Both the position numbers and the translations under genes were made by a program. From Candidatus Poribacteria bacterium (GTDB lineage: Bacteria > Poribacteria > WGA-4E > UBA9662), in assembly GCA_036339735.1 (NCBI GenBank), contig JAYZAL010000011.1, positions 1-64,000 on the forward strand: DNA of 64,000 nucleotides, given 5' to 3'. This document shows positions 32,543 to 42,728 of this stretch, piece after piece (positions within the stretch are counted from its first letter, which is position 1; every line of letters starts with the position of its first letter). Under the pieces are notes generated by a model. It saw nothing but the letters and a program-made list of their open reading frames with translations. It had not been told where the DNA came from and searched no databases.

Positions 32543-32910
32543 TACTTATTTTTTTTATACTTTTCAATTTCAATTTCAGCTTCGGCAAAAATCGTTTCAG
32601 CTAAAACTATCTGGGAATCATCTATAGGTTGTTGCTCTTTTGTTTTGGAATCTAGGTTTTGTAGGATTTCGGCGGTTTCTAATAATAATAGTTTTTTCAA
32701 TTGGTCGTAGTCTTCACTCGAAATTTTACCCACTTCGTGATCTTCTTCTAAATCTACTAATGCCCCGTAATATTGTTCACGGTCAACAGCTTTCACTAAT
32801 ATTTCAGAATCGTCTAACGTTATTTTTGTCTTATCATGACGCAAAATGGGTTGAGCAATAAAAATAAAGGTTGGAATACAAAGGACTAGTATCCAGAGTA
32901 GAATAATCAT
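32542..32910 (-). CDS. Small membrane protein, CcmI N-terminal-like
   Basis: TM ending in QP, then LVDLEEDHEVGKISSEDY motif. Confidence 0.65.
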   Translation of the reverse strand: MIILLWILVLCIPTFIFIAQPILRHDKTKITLDDSEILVKAVDREQYYGALVDLEEDHEVGKISSEDYDQLKKLLLLETAEILQNLDSKTKEQQPIDDSQIVLAETIFAEAEIEIEKYKKNK

Positions 32911-33023
32911 ATTATGTCAGTTTAGAGAAGTCCTCGGCTTTTGCTTGCTTATCCTAAAGCTGATTGTTGAACAATAGATACAAACCCCTAATTATAATCC
33001 GATATCCACTCTAGAATTAGATA

Positions 33024-33067
33024 ATAAAAAAGGGAAACTGGAGGATCCTCCAATTTCCCTTTTTTAT
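33024..33067. terminator. Rho-independent terminator (bidirectional form) downstream of OmpA-like gene
   Basis: ATAAAAAAGGGAAA-C-TGGAGG-AT-CCTCCA-A-TTTCCCTTTTTTAT inverted repeat with A/T tracts on both sides. Confidence 0.9.
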
Positions 33068-33085
33068 GTCAATTTTCTGTAATCG

Positions 33086-33988
33086 TTAGCCGGCAGGTTG
33101 TAGTATAACCTCTACTCTACGGTTAGCAGCACGGCCTGCTTTTGTATTTACAGGAGCAACCGGACTAGTGTGTCCTTTGCCAACCGATTCAATTGAATGT
33201 GGTACTCCATTATCCTTCAAGTACTTAGATACGGCATCTGCACGAGCTTGTGATAATCCCCAATTGCTACGGTAACGTCCACCAAGAACAGGTGTTCCAT
33301 CAGCGTGTCCTACAACCAGAATACTGGCATCCGCTGGAGCTGATTGAGCAGCTTCAACAACAGCATCAAGTGTAGCTTTGGCTTCAGTATTTAAACTTGC
33401 GCCACCACTGCCAAAGTTAACAACAGCAATAGTTTGGGGCTTTGAAGCAATGGATTCTTGGTTAGCGGTTACACCTTCCTTTGTATCAGCGATTGCTGAC
33501 TCAAGTCTATCCAAAGCTTCAGCTTGCGCCTGGGATTTTTCATTCAGGCTGCTAACTTTACCTAGGACTTCCTTGTCGCCGTCAGCCACTGCGTTCATTA
33601 GCTTATCAGCTACACCTTTGGCAGTAGCAGTTAATTCTTCACGCACGGCAGTATCTAGACCTTTGGCAAAGTCCTGCGCCGCGCTAATTGTGTCGGCATC
33701 ACCTTGTTCCGCTGCAGCAACGGCCGCTTCCTTAGCCTGTTGAATATCGCCCGACAAGGCTTCGTTTTGTGCATCAACTTTACCATCTAATTCAGAGACA
33801 CGGTCGCTTAGAGCTTGGTCTGCTTTGTCAACTTTGGACTGGAACCCTTCGTGAGCTTGCCCCTCTTTGTCAGTGTATCCATCGAGCCAGTTTGAAAACT
33901 CTTTTTCAGTTTTGATCCAGCCACAACCGGATAAAATTATACTAAGCACAAATACAGAAAGAAGCGATAGCATAAACGGTTTTTTCAT
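33086..33988 (-). CDS. OmpA/MotB-domain peptidoglycan-binding lipoprotein with helical N-terminus
   Basis: Lipobox LSGC; GHAD..NWGLSQARA..NRRVEV; GAGGAGG RBS. Confidence 0.9.
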   Translation of the reverse strand: MKKPFMLSLLSVFVLSIILSGCGWIKTEKEFSNWLDGYTDKEGQAHEGFQSKVDKADQALSDRVSELDGKVDAQNEALSGDIQQAKEAAVAAAEQGDADTISAAQDFAKGLDTAVREELTATAKGVADKLMNAVADGDKEVLGKVSSLNEKSQAQAEALDRLESAIADTKEGVTANQESIASKPQTIAVVNFGSGGASLNTEAKATLDAVVEAAQSAPADASILVVGHADGTPVLGGRYRSNWGLSQARADAVSKYLKDNGVPHSIESVGKGHTSPVAPVNTKAGRAANRRVEVILQPAG

Positions 33989-34187
33989 CAGTTCCTCCTC
34001 GAAAAGAACCTTGCAATATAGTTAAAAAGAGAACATCGAGCCTGTACTGAGTCGTAAATCAAGTGATCATCCACCTCTAATCATCAACGACCCTAGCCTA
34101 CCGGCGAATTTTAGCATACGCTTGTATTTAATACAAGCATTATTCATCTTGATTCTCACATCATGTGTTTAAATTTTTGGTTTGAAA

Positions 34188-34196
34188 TGCTATAAT
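34188..34196 (+). promoter_or_regulatory. Extended -10 promoter element
   Basis: TGCTATAAT about 25 nt upstream of the Gfo/Idh/MocA ATG, followed by AGGAG RBS. Confidence 0.5.
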
Positions 34197-34221
34197 GGGT
34201 GAGTTACCTCAGGAGTGATTT

Positions 34222-35421
34222 ATGTCTTTATCTCCCCACAGAATCGCCATGCTTGGCACTGGTTTTATAGCCGATTTTTATACTTCCACATTGCACAATC
34301 AACGCAGCATTGATCGCGTACAAGCAGTATATTCAAGGTCAAAAGAGCGTGCGGAAGCGTTCCAGTCAAAATGGAATGTCATGCATGGCAGTGACAATAT
34401 GGAAGAAACTGTCAATCGAGACGATATTGACACTGTGATTATTGGGTTGCCTAATCATCGTCACGAAGAAGCTGTCTTAGCAGCTGCCAAAGCTGGAAAA
34501 GCCGTCCTATGCACGAAGCCATTAGGTCGAAATGCCGAAGAAGCAAAACGAATGCTGGAAGCCGTACAAGCAGCTGGTGTGTTTCACGGTTATTTAGAAG
34601 ACCTAGTTTATCCTCCAAAAACACTGAAAGCGATTCAATCAGTAAAAAATGGGGCATTAGGTAAAATCTTGTGGGTTCGGTCTCGAGAAACACACCCCGG
34701 TCCTCACAGTGATTGGTTTTGGGATAACGAAATGGCAGGAGGGGGAGCCATTATTGATATGGGTTGTCACTGTGTTGAGATTATTCGTAATTTCATTGGC
34801 AAAGGTGTCCGTCCAGTCGAAGCTATGTGTTGGGCCGATACATTGGTGCACCCGATTGAAGCAGAAGACCACGGAATTGGTTTAATCCGATTTGAAAACG
34901 GAGCTATGGGACAATTCGAGGTTAGTTGGGCCTTCCGCGGTGGAATGGACTTACGAGATGAGGTTTCAGGTTCTGAAGGTACCATTTGGCTTAACCATTG
35001 GCTGAGGACTGGCTATGAGATGTTCACTTCAGTAGGACAAGGTGGATACGTAGCCGAAAAAGCAGAAGGTGATACTGGCTGGTTGTTTCCTGTTGGAGAC
35101 GAGGCTGCAGAGCTTGGCTATACCGATATGTTCAAGGAAATGTTTACCTGTTTAGATGAAGGGACCGAACCAATGGAAACTTTCTATGATGGGTATGTTG
35201 TTAATACTATCATTGATGCTTGCTATCGATCGGCAAAGACACGGCAGTGGGAAGCTATTGAGCTTGATATCTGGCAAGGTGATGAAGATGTCGAACATGT
35301 TCGAACTATAACTGAGATAGACGGAAAAATCTTGATTAAAACTGAAGTTATGCCGAATGGAAAAACCAAGCAAATTTTTAAAGATGCCAAAAGTGGAGAA
35401 ATTAGCGAAACATTACTGTGA
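34222..35421 (+). CDS. Gfo/Idh/MocA family oxidoreductase
   Basis: [27 protein letters not shown]. Confidence 0.93.
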   Translation: MSLSPHRIAMLGTGFIADFYTSTLHNQRSIDRVQAVYSRSKERAEAFQSKWNVMHGSDNMEETVNRDDIDTVIIGLPNHRHEEAVLAAAKAGKAVLCTKPLGRNAEEAKRMLEAVQAAGVFHGYLEDLVYPPKTLKAIQSVKNGALGKILWVRSRETHPGPHSDWFWDNEMAGGGAIIDMGCHCVEIIRNFIGKGVRPVEAMCWADTLVHPIEAEDHGIGLIRFENGAMGQFEVSWAFRGGMDLRDEVSGSEGTIWLNHWLRTGYEMFTSVGQGGYVAEKAEGDTGWLFPVGDEAAELGYTDMFKEMFTCLDEGTEPMETFYDGYVVNTIIDACYRSAKTRQWEAIELDIWQGDEDVEHVRTITEIDGKILIKTEVMPNGKTKQIFKDAKSGEISETLL

Positions 35422-35449
35422 GTGATTCGGATTCTGAGGTAAGGTCTCC

Positions 35450-38149
35450 CTATTTTTTTGCTTCGTTTTTCAAATCGTAGAGAAGGTTAAGTGCGCCCAT
35501 CGGTGTTATTTGGTTTACATCTAAGTTCTTTAACTTTTCTACAATGGGATGCGTTTTTGGTCTAAACATCGACATTTGTATGTTATCGGATTTGAAGGTT
35601 TGTTGGGTAGCTTTCCTAGTGAGATTTGGTTTAATGTTTGATCTGGAGAAGTTGGTTAACCCCTCCTTTTTTTGATTTTCTTGATCAACACTCAAATTAT
35701 GTTGTTCTAACACTTCTAAAATCTCATAAGCTCTCTCTATGACCGGTCGAGGTAACCCAGCAAGCCGAGCGACATGGATCCCATAGCTCTGATCAGTCCC
35801 TCCCTCCACTATGCGGCGCAGGAACGTGATTTGTTCATTGTTTTCTTGGACAGCTACGTTAAAATTTTTCGCTAAAGGATACTTGTTTGCTAACTCGACC
35901 AATTCATGGTAGTGAGTAGCAAATAGGGTTTTTGCTCCGATCAATTCGTGATCTAGAATGTATTCAGCTACAGCCCATGCGATGCTAATACCATCAAAAG
36001 TACTAGTTCCTCGTCCGATTTCGTCCAAGATAATTAAACTTCGACTTGTTGCATTATTGAGAATATTCGCAGTCTCGTTCATTTCCACTAAAAAAGTACT
36101 CTGGCCTTTTATTAAATTATCCGAAGCACCTACTCGGGTGAAGATACGGTCTACCAGTCCTATTTCCGCAGCCGAAGCTGGTACAAAACTCCCTATCTGA
36201 GCTAAAAGTGTAATCAAAGCCACTTGACGCAAAAAGGTGGACTTTCCACTCATGTTAGGTCCCGTGATAATATGAAGTTGTTGCTGAGTACAGTCGAGGG
36301 TGACATCATTGGGAACAAAGCCTTCTTCTTGAAACATTTGTTCAACAACGGGGTGGCGACCACCTTGTATCACAATTTCATCGCTGTCAGTAACCAAGGG
36401 CTTTGTGTAGTCGAATTGAGAAGCTAAATAAGCAAAATTAGCCAAAATATCAATTGTAGAAATAGCACTCGCTACTTTCTGAATAGACTCTGTTTCTTCT
36501 GCTATCTGAGTTCGGATATGACAAAACAAGTCATATTCCAACGACTGTAATTTATCCTCTGCGTTTAGTATTTTATCCTCATATTCCTTTAACTCAGGTG
36601 TGATATATCGTTCAGAATTAGTGAGTGTTTGCTTTCGAATATAATTCTCAGGAACCAAATCAAGATTGGTTTTAGTCACTTCTATGTAATAGCCAAACAC
36701 CTGATTAAAACCAACTTTTAGTGAGCTAATACCGGTCTTTTCTCGTTCTTCTTGCTGTAACTGAGCAATCCAATCTTTACCTGAGTTGGATAATTGGCGC
36801 AATTCATCTACTTCAGGATGATATCCATCCCTGATAAGGTTACCATCAGTAATTGTGACGGGAGGATCTGGATAGATAGCATCATCAATCAAGACGGATA
36901 GTGGCTTTAACGAATCATCCATATTTTTTAGAGTGTCATTTAGGTTTTGTAACAACACGGCTTCCAATTCAATCAACAATTGCTGAATTGGTAGAATCAT
37001 TTGTAGTGAATTTTTCAGAGAAAGGACCTCTCGAGCATTGCTGACATCCAGGTTGATTCGCGTGATTAGCCTTTCAATGTCGTAAATTTGATCTAATTTA
37101 TCTCTCAGTTCTTCTTGTAAATCAATCTGTGCTTCAAGTTCTCCCACAGCATCTAGGCGAGAATTAATCCGATCTACCTCCAGTAACGGTTGCATTATCC
37201 ACTGCCTGAGTTTGCGCCCCCCCATAGACGTAATAGTGTTATCTATGACGGATATTAGGGTTCCTGTTTCCGTCCTATCTCTCATTGATTTTGTCAATTC
37301 GAGATTGCGTTGAGTATCGGAATCTAAAACCATGAAACTAGAAGTAGTATAGGTCTGCAGCGTTGTTAGATGTTCAACAGATTGTTTCTGTGTTTCCATT
37401 ATGTAGGACATTAATGCCCCCGCGGCACAAGTGGCAGAGAGTAAGTGTTCACAGCCAAAACCATCTAACGAAGTCGTAGAAAAATGTCGTAGCAACTCTG
37501 TGCGAGCGCTTTGGTGATGAAATCGCCAATCAGGCATAAAGTTAATAGTTGTTTCTAAATCTAGGCGAATTCTATCAAATAGATCATTGTTCACATATTC
37601 ATCAGAAAAAAGGCATTCACGCGGCAAAAATCGGTTAATTTCAGCCCAAAGACTGGGTTCCCCCTCTACTTCAGTAACCGTAAATTCACCAGTTGACAGA
37701 TCCGCCACAGCTAACCCATAGGTCTTTGAGCGGTTGGGTAAATATATGGCACATAAGTAGTTATTGGCTTTTTGGTTCAGTACATCGAGGTCAGTAACTG
37801 TACCAGGTGTGACTACACGCACCACGTCCCGTTTAACAATCCCCTTAACTTTTTTCGCATCTTCCATTTGTTCACAAATTGCAACTTTATGGCCTGCATC
37901 CACAAGCTTATAAAGATGGCTATTTAATGCATGATGGGGTACTCCGGCCATCGGAACGCGATCCCCGCGCTTATCCTTATCACGTCCAGTTAACGCGATC
38001 CCCAAGACCCGCGAAATGAGTTCAGCATCTTGATTGAAGGCCTCGTAAAAATCACCTACTCGACATAGAAGAATAGCATCAGCATACTGACGCTTCAATT
38101 CATTATACTGACCCATCAAGGTTATTTTTTGCTTTTTATGGTGAGCCAA
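35450..38149 (-). CDS. mutS: DNA mismatch repair protein MutS
   Basis: GDFYE, TGPNMSGKST, STFLVEM, DEIGRGTST, FATHYHEL, SYGIHVA. Confidence 0.98.
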   Translation of the reverse strand: MAHHKKQKITLMGQYNELKRQYADAILLCRVGDFYEAFNQDAELISRVLGIALTGRDKDKRGDRVPMAGVPHHALNSHLYKLVDAGHKVAICEQMEDAKKVKGIVKRDVVRVVTPGTVTDLDVLNQKANNYLCAIYLPNRSKTYGLAVADLSTGEFTVTEVEGEPSLWAEINRFLPRECLFSDEYVNNDLFDRIRLDLETTINFMPDWRFHHQSARTELLRHFSTTSLDGFGCEHLLSATCAAGALMSYIMETQKQSVEHLTTLQTYTTSSFMVLDSDTQRNLELTKSMRDRTETGTLISVIDNTITSMGGRKLRQWIMQPLLEVDRINSRLDAVGELEAQIDLQEELRDKLDQIYDIERLITRINLDVSNAREVLSLKNSLQMILPIQQLLIELEAVLLQNLNDTLKNMDDSLKPLSVLIDDAIYPDPPVTITDGNLIRDGYHPEVDELRQLSNSGKDWIAQLQQEEREKTGISSLKVGFNQVFGYYIEVTKTNLDLVPENYIRKQTLTNSERYITPELKEYEDKILNAEDKLQSLEYDLFCHIRTQIAEETESIQKVASAISTIDILANFAYLASQFDYTKPLVTDSDEIVIQGGRHPVVEQMFQEEGFVPNDVTLDCTQQQLHIITGPNMSGKSTFLRQVALITLLAQIGSFVPASAAEIGLVDRIFTRVGASDNLIKGQSTFLVEMNETANILNNATSRSLIILDEIGRGTSTFDGISIAWAVAEYILDHELIGAKTLFATHYHELVELANKYPLAKNFNVAVQENNEQITFLRRIVEGGTDQSYGIHVARLAGLPRPVIERAYEILEVLEQHNLSVDQENQKKEGLTNFSRSNIKPNLTRKATQQTFKSDNIQMSMFRPKTHPIVEKLKNLDVNQITPMGALNLLYDLKNEAKK

Positions 38150-38191
38150 AGTTACCGCCCGTATCCGTTATACATTAACAAAATTTGCATT

Positions 38192-39559
38192 TTACCGATG
38201 AGATGGACACCATCGCGCGGTCCGTAAATGATTAATTAATGCATCCATTCCTTTTTGGGTTTGGTTCCGCTCCAGTGCATGCAGAGAAAAAGCTCGAACA
38301 AAGTGATTCGAATCCTCAAGCGCCTCTGTTAATGCTGGTATAGCAGAGCTATTGTATGGTCCAATTCTTGCCAAGGATAGTGCTGCATTCCGGCGGACCA
38401 AATCATTTTTATCTGCAAGAGATTGCACCAGTGGCTCAACAGCGGCCGGACTATCCGAAGAAACAGTACCAAGAGCTTCAGCCACATGGTGACGAACTTT
38501 TTCGTTTTCATCCGTCAACTTTTCAACTAGTTTCGGTAATGCCTTTCTGGCATTCAGCCCCATATCACCCAATGTGTCCGCAGCTCTGGTACGGATTACT
38601 GGCTCTGGATGACTGAGTAATTTTGTTAATGAAGGTACTGCATGAGAGCCTGAGGTAGTAAACCCATAAAGAGCATTGCGACAGGCAGTATTACTCTCAC
38701 CGATCGTTGCTTCAATCAATGAATCTAATCCAGATTTTCCCAAATGACCAAGTTTGTAAGCTGCATCAATAGCAATAGCTTCTTGGTCTGACACAAGCCG
38801 ACTGCTCAATTCAGTCGGAGATTCAATAATAGACTGTTTCCCGTTTTGCTTACCTAAATGCCAATTCCACAAATGCTGCCAGATCTGTTCCTGTTGATCA
38901 TCACTTACTTGCCAATCTACACCTTGATGGTTCCAACTAGGTTCTGTTGGTTCAGACATTCTAGTAAATAGGAATTTCATCATGTATCTATTTTGATCCG
39001 AACAATTTAACATTTTTCGGTGAAATACATCATAGTGAACTATGACAACTGTGCCAGCATCACCAGATAGTGCAAGCTCATCAGCTTTATCAAAGGGAGG
39101 TTGTGTATTATGATATTGTGAAGACGGCCAAATTGCAGTAGGTCCGACCTCGACTGGACTATGCTGTGGGTAATAAAAAGCCATTGCCCAACGAGTATGA
39201 TGATGCCTATGACAATCATCTACCGCAAATCGGCTATTATGAAGACTATCCTTGTGCATACGTTGTTCGTCTGTATTAGGTAAATTTTCATGACAATGCC
39301 GATGTGGGTGTAAATAGTAATCAGAACCGAGAATACTGACCAAAGCACCATGTACTAGTGGATGGTCTAATATTTTTTGGATTTTTGGTAATCGAGGTAG
39401 TAGATTGTTGCCAGGGTTTCCAGTTGAAGAGAATAAAGCCTCAGTATCTTGGTATAAGGCATCATGGAAAGATTGAGGGAGATCAACCTTGACAGAAATA
39501 TAACCTTCACGAATAAATTTTTGCATGCTCTGATCATTGAGCAACTGAGCAGACTTCAT
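38192..39559 (-). CDS. PhyH-family dioxygenase fused to HEAT repeats (paralog of 28473-29795); start moved to MKSAQLL
   Basis: GNPGNNLLPR, HPHRH, MHKDS, HHTRWAMAFYYPQ, HYDVFHR, HEAT repeats; GAAGGAG RBS before ATG 39559. Confidence 0.88.
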   Translation of the reverse strand: MKSAQLLNDQSMQKFIREGYISVKVDLPQSFHDALYQDTEALFSSTGNPGNNLLPRLPKIQKILDHPLVHGALVSILGSDYYLHPHRHCHENLPNTDEQRMHKDSLHNSRFAVDDCHRHHHTRWAMAFYYPQHSPVEVGPTAIWPSSQYHNTQPPFDKADELALSGDAGTVVIVHYDVFHRKMLNCSDQNRYMMKFLFTRMSEPTEPSWNHQGVDWQVSDDQQEQIWQHLWNWHLGKQNGKQSIIESPTELSSRLVSDQEAIAIDAAYKLGHLGKSGLDSLIEATIGESNTACRNALYGFTTSGSHAVPSLTKLLSHPEPVIRTRAADTLGDMGLNARKALPKLVEKLTDENEKVRHHVAEALGTVSSDSPAAVEPLVQSLADKNDLVRRNAALSLARIGPYNSSAIPALTEALEDSNHFVRAFSLHALERNQTQKGMDALINHLRTARWCPSHR

Positions 39560-39579
39560 GTACCTAACTCCTTCTTCAC

Positions 39580-40653
39580 TTAACCATCTATAGAAACCAT
39601 TTTTAAGCAAACGGGTGTTGGTACTTGTGCTGAGTAACCAGTGTAATTTAACAATCCGCTTTGCTTGTCAACTCTAAACACATATATGTCATCACTACCA
39701 TGATTGGCTGCCAAGAGATAGTTACCAGTTGGATCAAGACCGAAATTACGGGGGGATTTCCCACGTGTTGATTCATGGCCGATACAAGTTAGTTGACCAT
39801 TAGTGGGGTCAACAGCGTAGATGACAATACTATCGTGGCCTCGGTTGGAACCATAAACGAACTGGCCATCCGTTGAAACATGAATATCCGCACAGGAATT
39901 ATTACCATTAAACTCTTTGGGTAAAGTAGATATGGTCTGTACAGATTCTAGATATCCTTCTTCTGGTCGATAGTTGAAGACTGTCACGGTGGAACCAATT
40001 TCGTTAATTACGTAGGCTGTACGCTGACTAGGATGAAAATCAAAGTGCCTAGGACCTTGACCAGGGGATACAGAAACAAAAGGAGGTTCATTCGGAGTTA
40101 ATTTGCCAGTTTCATTATTTAGCTGATAAATAATCACTTGATCTAAACCTAGATCGGGCGAAAATGCATGATGGTTATTTGGAGCAACCATGATAGCGTG
40201 AGCATGTGGACTAGTTTGTCTTTGTTCATTAATGCTAGAACCTTCGTGCTGAACGATGGACGAAGCTGTTTTCAGATAACCATTAGTATCAATTGGAAAG
40301 GAAGCAACCGTGCCTGAGCCATAGTTTGCGACCAAAACATACTGGCCAGTAGAATCAATACTGAGATGACAAGGAGCAGTACCATGGCTTGGTTGCCGGT
40401 TAAGAAAACTTAATTGACCTGACTGTCGATCGATGGAGAAAGCGCTAATTGAGCCGGTATCTTGGCCTTCATAGTTACTGATTTCGTTGACCGAATATAG
40501 ATACTGATTATTCGGATGAATATCAAGAAATGACGGACTTTGAACACCATCAATTTGGCTCTCGGCAACTAATTGCCCATTTGCTAAATCCATTCGATAC
40601 ACGTAAATCTCTTGGCTATAAGTACCAACATATAACCGAATTGCCTGGCTCAT
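39580..40653 (-). CDS. pgl: 6-phosphogluconolactonase (lactonase, 7-bladed beta-propeller)
   Basis: YVGTY, ANYGSG, QTSPHAH, GPRH, SNRGHDS, PRNF. Confidence 0.9.
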   Translation of the reverse strand: MSQAIRLYVGTYSQEIYVYRMDLANGQLVAESQIDGVQSPSFLDIHPNNQYLYSVNEISNYEGQDTGSISAFSIDRQSGQLSFLNRQPSHGTAPCHLSIDSTGQYVLVANYGSGTVASFPIDTNGYLKTASSIVQHEGSSINEQRQTSPHAHAIMVAPNNHHAFSPDLGLDQVIIYQLNNETGKLTPNEPPFVSVSPGQGPRHFDFHPSQRTAYVINEIGSTVTVFNYRPEEGYLESVQTISTLPKEFNGNNSCADIHVSTDGQFVYGSNRGHDSIVIYAVDPTNGQLTCIGHESTRGKSPRNFGLDPTGNYLLAANHGSDDIYVFRVDKQSGLLNYTGYSAQVPTPVCLKMVSIDG

Positions 40654-40817
40654 AACTAATTTAACCTCTAGAAAGTTAGTAGAATTCATAAAGAAAATGA
40701 TTTAAAAACAAAGCTTATTGTACGGCAAACATCTATGTCCGGTCAAATTTCCAACTTTGTTGTAAAATGGACTAACAAGCTATAATAGGAAGCTGATAGT
40801 TTTGGCAATCAAATTTT

Positions 40818-41600
40818 ATGGAGAACGATATGAGTTTAAAAGGTCAAGTGTGCATTATAACCGGTGGTGGTAGTGGTATTGGTCGAGGAGCAGCACTTCG
40901 ATTGGCGGCTGATGGCGCTACCATTATTTTAATCGGCCGAACGGAAAGTAAGATAAGGACCGTCCAATCCGAGATTGAGGCTAATGGTGGCCAATCTGTT
41001 GTTTACGCTTTAAATGTAGCCGATTGGTCATCAATCCAAAAGATGGTAGATGAGGTAGTAGAAACTTACGGGAAAATAGATATCCTAATAAACAACGCTG
41101 GGCATAGCTCTCGTAACAGACGACTACTAAACTGCCCACCAGAGGAAATTCAGCAGGTAATTGATTCGAACTTGACTGGAACTTTCTTCTGTACCCAAGC
41201 TGTTGTACCATCCATGCTACAAGCTAAATCAGGTACTATTATCAACGTTTCATCGTTAGCAGCAGTCTCGCCAGGTCCGTTCAGCGGATTTGCTTACGGA
41301 GCAGTTAAAGCCGGTGTAATCAACTTCACCCAATTTTTAAACGAAGATTTAAAAAATACCGGTATTAGAGCAAGTGTATTAATTCCGGGTGAAGTAAACA
41401 CACCCATTCTGGATAACCGTCCTATTACACCAGAGGAAAGCGCACGAAGAGAAATGGTGGATGTCGCAGAAACGTCAGCGGCAATCCACTTGGTCGTTAG
41501 CCTACCTCCCCGAACTAATATTCCTGAACTTACGATTCGACCGACTTGGCAGAGAAGTATAGCGGAAGAAATTGTCGAGATAGATGATTTAAACAGATGA
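40818..41600 (+). CDS. SDR family oxidoreductase
   Basis: TGGGSGIG, NNAG, YGAVK. Confidence 0.93.
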   Translation: MENDMSLKGQVCIITGGGSGIGRGAALRLAADGATIILIGRTESKIRTVQSEIEANGGQSVVYALNVADWSSIQKMVDEVVETYGKIDILINNAGHSSRNRRLLNCPPEEIQQVIDSNLTGTFFCTQAVVPSMLQAKSGTIINVSSLAAVSPGPFSGFAYGAVKAGVINFTQFLNEDLKNTGIRASVLIPGEVNTPILDNRPITPEESARREMVDVAETSAAIHLVVSLPPRTNIPELTIRPTWQRSIAEEIVEIDDLNR

Positions 41601-41614
41601 CGACACAGTAACTC

Positions 41615-42583
41615 TTAATCGCTTTCGGAGTATTCAGGAAGGATGTAATGCTCCGGGTTTTGTGGAATGTCTTTTACGTAGACCCCATAATGGAGGTGGT
41701 AACCAGTACTAGTGCCTGTTGAACCAACGTACCCGATCACTTCACCTCTTACGACTTCTTTACCTTTTTTAATTCCTTTTGCAAATCTGAGCAAATGACC
41801 GTACAGAGTATCCATGTCCTTGCTAGTATGTCTAATTCGGATATAGAGACCAAACCCCTTGGGAGCATTACCCGTTTTTTCTATTATCCCATTAGCCGTG
41901 GCAATTACTGGTGTACCTTTCCGAGTCGCAATATCAAGACCTTTGTGAAAGTGCCGCTTCCGCGTAATGGGATGTAAGCGATACTTGAATCCTGATGAAA
42001 AGTAGTAGTCAACCCCATATTTAGGCTTGTCTCCTTGGTAAGATGGTCGAATAGGCAAAATGAATGGGGTTTCTGTGACTTTCTCCAATTGTTCCATCAC
42101 CGCATGGTAAACTTCACCAACATCTTCCTTTAAAGCTGGAATTAACTCCGGATTGTCAGCCAAAGAAACTGGATTTTTCTTTTCGGTTTTATGATCAAAA
42201 GTGGTCTCTTGTTGGATTTGAGAATCATCTAGCAAAGATGTGCTGCCTAGGTCGCTACCGCCTTGCCCAAGCAACCCTTCGTCTTCTAAACCCAATACAC
42301 GGCGAACAACCTTAACCATATCACGGACTTCTTCCCATTTTTTTTCGTAGAATCGGAGCTTTTGTTTTTGAGCAACAATCTCGGCACCTTGTTTTAGGTT
42401 TTCTTCGGCGGTGGAAGCAAGTTTTTTTCTAGCATTCACACCATAACCGATTGCACCCGCCACTGTTGCCAATATTAAACACGCGACAAAACTGAAAAGA
42501 AGAATCTTTCCTCTTCCGATGGCATACTTTCGGATATTCTGATTATCCGAAGACATGACTATCACCGTGTAAGAACGGGACAA
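41615..42583 (-). CDS. M23 family metallopeptidase with N-terminal TM and coiled coil
   Basis: HKGLD, YGHL, GSTGTSTGYHLHY; TTG start at 42583 has AGGAG RBS. Confidence 0.9.
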   Translation of the reverse strand: MSRSYTVIVMSSDNQNIRKYAIGRGKILLFSFVACLILATVAGAIGYGVNARKKLASTAEENLKQGAEIVAQKQKLRFYEKKWEEVRDMVKVVRRVLGLEDEGLLGQGGSDLGSTSLLDDSQIQQETTFDHKTEKKNPVSLADNPELIPALKEDVGEVYHAVMEQLEKVTETPFILPIRPSYQGDKPKYGVDYYFSSGFKYRLHPITRKRHFHKGLDIATRKGTPVIATANGIIEKTGNAPKGFGLYIRIRHTSKDMDTLYGHLLRFAKGIKKGKEVVRGEVIGYVGSTGTSTGYHLHYGVYVKDIPQNPEHYILPEYSESD

Positions 42584-42728
42584 ATGGATACTCCTATTGT
42601 AGACACAGCGGTACTCGATAAATGGGTGGAAGTATAGCACAAAGGTGTAGCTTGAACAAGCAGGAACTGAGGCTAAATGAAGGGTAAACCTATTTCCCGT
42701 AGTAGATCAGTTTCATTGAACGAAACAC

